A stretch of 64,000 nucleotides of DNA from Hypanus sabinus (Eukaryota). The position numbers were made by a program, and so were the translations under genes. A model generated the notes under the pieces. It saw nothing but the letters and a program-made list of their open reading frames with translations, was not told the DNA's origin and did no database searches. Every line of letters begins with the position of its first letter. Within the stretch, counting starts at the first letter, position 1. The stretch lies in contig NC_082731.1 in NCBI RefSeq assembly GCF_030144855.1, positions 25,606,001 to 25,670,000 of the forward strand, read 5' to 3'. Shown here piece by piece: positions 63,986 through 64,000 of this stretch.

Positions 63986-64000
63986 TATATAGTGTCATTT

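Noticed and set aside
1-64000. Most ORFs in the supplied track, including the X-filled ORFs over gaps and the VCVCVC ORFs
   Set aside because: They are transposon fragments, antisense or shadow frames, microsatellite translations or N-gap artefacts. I saw no rRNA, tRNA gene or CRISPR array.

Overview
Eukaryotic, repeat-dominated draft genomic DNA with three N-gaps. It is most likely from a cartilaginous fish; this is inferred from the CR1/Penelope/Rex-Babar/Gypsy repeat mix and the V-gene type. The only host genes I can support are two apparently intact, unrearranged antigen-receptor V gene segments facing away from each other about 38 kb apart. V1 is on the minus strand (leader 13591-13546, V exon 13103-12804, 23-bp-spacer RSS). 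V2 is on the plus strand (leader 51713-51758, V exon 53325-53622, 22-bp-spacer RSS). Each has a 46-nt leader exon, a phase-1 GT-AG intron, canonical Cys/Trp/YYC residues and a TGACGT (CRE-like) element upstream. They align without gaps at about 47-48% amino-acid identity by hand count. They combine IgH/IgW-like CDR2-FR3 features with TCR/IgL-like WYR and YYCAAS features. I found no convincing D, J or C segment near either one, unlike a classical chondrichthyan IgH cluster. My best hypothesis is a divergent, possibly TCR-associated Ig-like (TAILV-type) or undescribed V family in a translocon-type locus. The rest of the window is LINE (CR1, Rex1/Babar-like, L1/Tx1-like), Penelope, Gypsy, minisatellite-bearing solo-LTR-like, SINE and microsatellite DNA. 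Several apparent J and C-domain look-alikes turned out to be transposon fragments and are listed as rejected. Repeat boundaries are approximate and set by eye.
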